DNA of 64,000 bases from Klebsormidium nitens (taxonomy: Eukaryota > Plantae > Klebsormidiophyceae), in the NCBI GenBank assembly GCA_000708835.1, contig DF237018.1, forward strand, positions 62,001-126,000, given 5' to 3'. Both the position numbers and the translations under genes were made by a program. The notes below the pieces were generated by a model. That model was not told the origin of the DNA and made no database searches. It was given only the letters and a program-made list of their open reading frames with translations. Shown in pieces: positions 62,571 to 64,000 of this stretch (positions are counted from its first letter, which is position 1; every line of letters starts with the position of its first letter).

Positions 62571-64000
62571 ATGGTTTCCACCGGCGTCGTGAAGCCTCTG
62601 CAGCCAAGGATCCTGCCGAAAAGTTTCTCACAGCTCGGTTCGAAGGAAATGGGAGAGCGGTTGACTGAGGAGAGGGCTGTAGAAGTAGACCTGCGCAAGC
62701 CAGAAAGCAGTGCAGCCTTCTCAAAGAAGTGCAGTCCAGTGACACTGAGGCAAGGTCGTTTGCATTGTTTAGATTGAGAGCAGGTTTGAACAGCATGGTG
62801 CCCACCAAGGGGCGAGCACTCAGCGCGGGGCTCGCAGCTTATGTGTTGGAACAGGGCGTGCTGGATGCAGTCAGGAAGATTCTGAAAGCAGCGCAGACAG
62901 AAGGCGACTTTTACGTACTCCCCAAGATCAGGAGTCAGGATGAACTGAATCGTACAAAATACTTTGTGGTCTCAAAAGTGGACATCTGCTTTGGGTTGCT
63001 TCATGTCCTCATCTTGGACACTCGAACGGCACGTTTCGTCCTGAAGGGCATCCCTGACCTCATTCGGTTTCTTGAAGGAGCCTACTATTCCTTGCCAGCG
63101 GTCTCTCCCGTCAGAGACTCAGATTTCGTGCTGGGGTCTGCTTACCTGGAGGGCGTAAGGGATGACGACAGGTTGTCCAGTCTTGAAGTGCTGGTTTCCC
63201 TGGCTAGCTATTCTGATCGAGCTAAGGAAAATCTATGCAGTCGGAAGGTCCTTCTTCATCGGATTCTGCGGGACTGCATGACTGAGAGAGATTTTTTCAG
63301 CCGAGTACTGGAATGCACTCTTCACTGCTTCAGCAACCTTTCTACCACGTGCGATCTCTCAGAGTACCTGAGTGAAATCATTGGGGTCGTGTTGAAGACT
63401 CTGGCGGAGACTCAGACCGCAGGGCTGATCTTCATGGCAATCCATCTTTTTGCTTCAATAGTGCAGCACGGTCAAGTAGAGGCAGTAGTATGTAAGCTTC
63501 ATGAACTCGCAGGCAGTGGAAGAGTAGAGCACCTCTTCCCGGCCCTCTTCGCATTAGCAGCCTGCCCGGCTCTTGACGGGAAGACCAAGCTTCAAGTCTC
63601 TACATTGCTGGGCTCTCTGAATAAGCACTTCAATAGGACAATTCTCGAGGAGCGGCCAACCGAGCCTTTGACACCGACACAGCAAGAGAAGTTGGAGAAG
63701 CTGGTACGCTCGTTACCTGGCGCGATGGTGAGAAGGGAACAGCTGCGTGAAATTTTTGCAGCTCACGAGAGCGAAACGTCCTCACAGGAAGCTGCATCTC
63801 CGAGTTCTGGAACTCAAAGTAGTCTCTTTCAGAAAACCATTGACACTCCGCTTGACTCCGTTCCGGACAAGGCCCATGTGTCATACATACCAGCGGGGGA
63901 CCTCGATGCACACAATAGGCCCTGCAGAAAGTGTTCTCGCGCAAGCTGCTCAAATGTGGAGTCAACTTCATGCGAGTTCAAGGTGTGCAGTGGGTGCCGT
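62571..64000 (+). pseudogene. Helical-domain + MYND protein, copy E (5' frameshift; continues beyond the window)
   Basis: MVSTGVVKPLQPRILP...EVDLRKPESSA is followed by a ~10-nt deletion/frameshift at ~62715. A different frame then stays open from ~62720 to the window end, ending RKCSRASCSNVESTSCEFKVCSGCR. It is absent from the ORF track because no stop occurs inside the window. Confidence 0.75.

Overview
This is eukaryotic, intron-rich nuclear DNA with plant-type genes, most consistent with a streptophyte green alga of the Klebsormidium type (inferred from gene content and intron density, not database-checked). I reconstructed 14 gene units by reading splice junctions. In order: RPS27(+), RFC1-like without a BRCT domain(-), core alpha-1,3-fucosyltransferase(+), steroleosin/HSD-type SDR #1(-), helical-domain+MYND copy A (pseudogene,+), an unrelated multi-exon MYND gene F(-), copy B (intact,+), SWI2/CHR9/ERCC6L2-like SNF2 ATPase(-), LCAT3/4-like phospholipase A(+), copy C (in-frame TAG,-), copy D (frameshift,-), steroleosin/HSD #2(+), an intronless 2OG-Fe(II)-oxygenase-like ORF(-), and copy E (frameshift, runs off the window,+). 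A very decayed LTR-retrotransposon relic probably occupies 1-1360. Four things stand out. (1) A five-member helical-domain+MYND family shows birth-and-death decay, with only one intact copy. (2) Two neighbouring genes each carry three tandem copies of a splice acceptor plus exon start with the same decay pattern. (3) HSD and MYND genes form a mirror-image layout with near-perfect strand alternation. (4) The window has a BRCT-less RFC1 and an intronless oxygenase-like gene that may be horizontally acquired. I found no rRNA, tRNA or CRISPR array.
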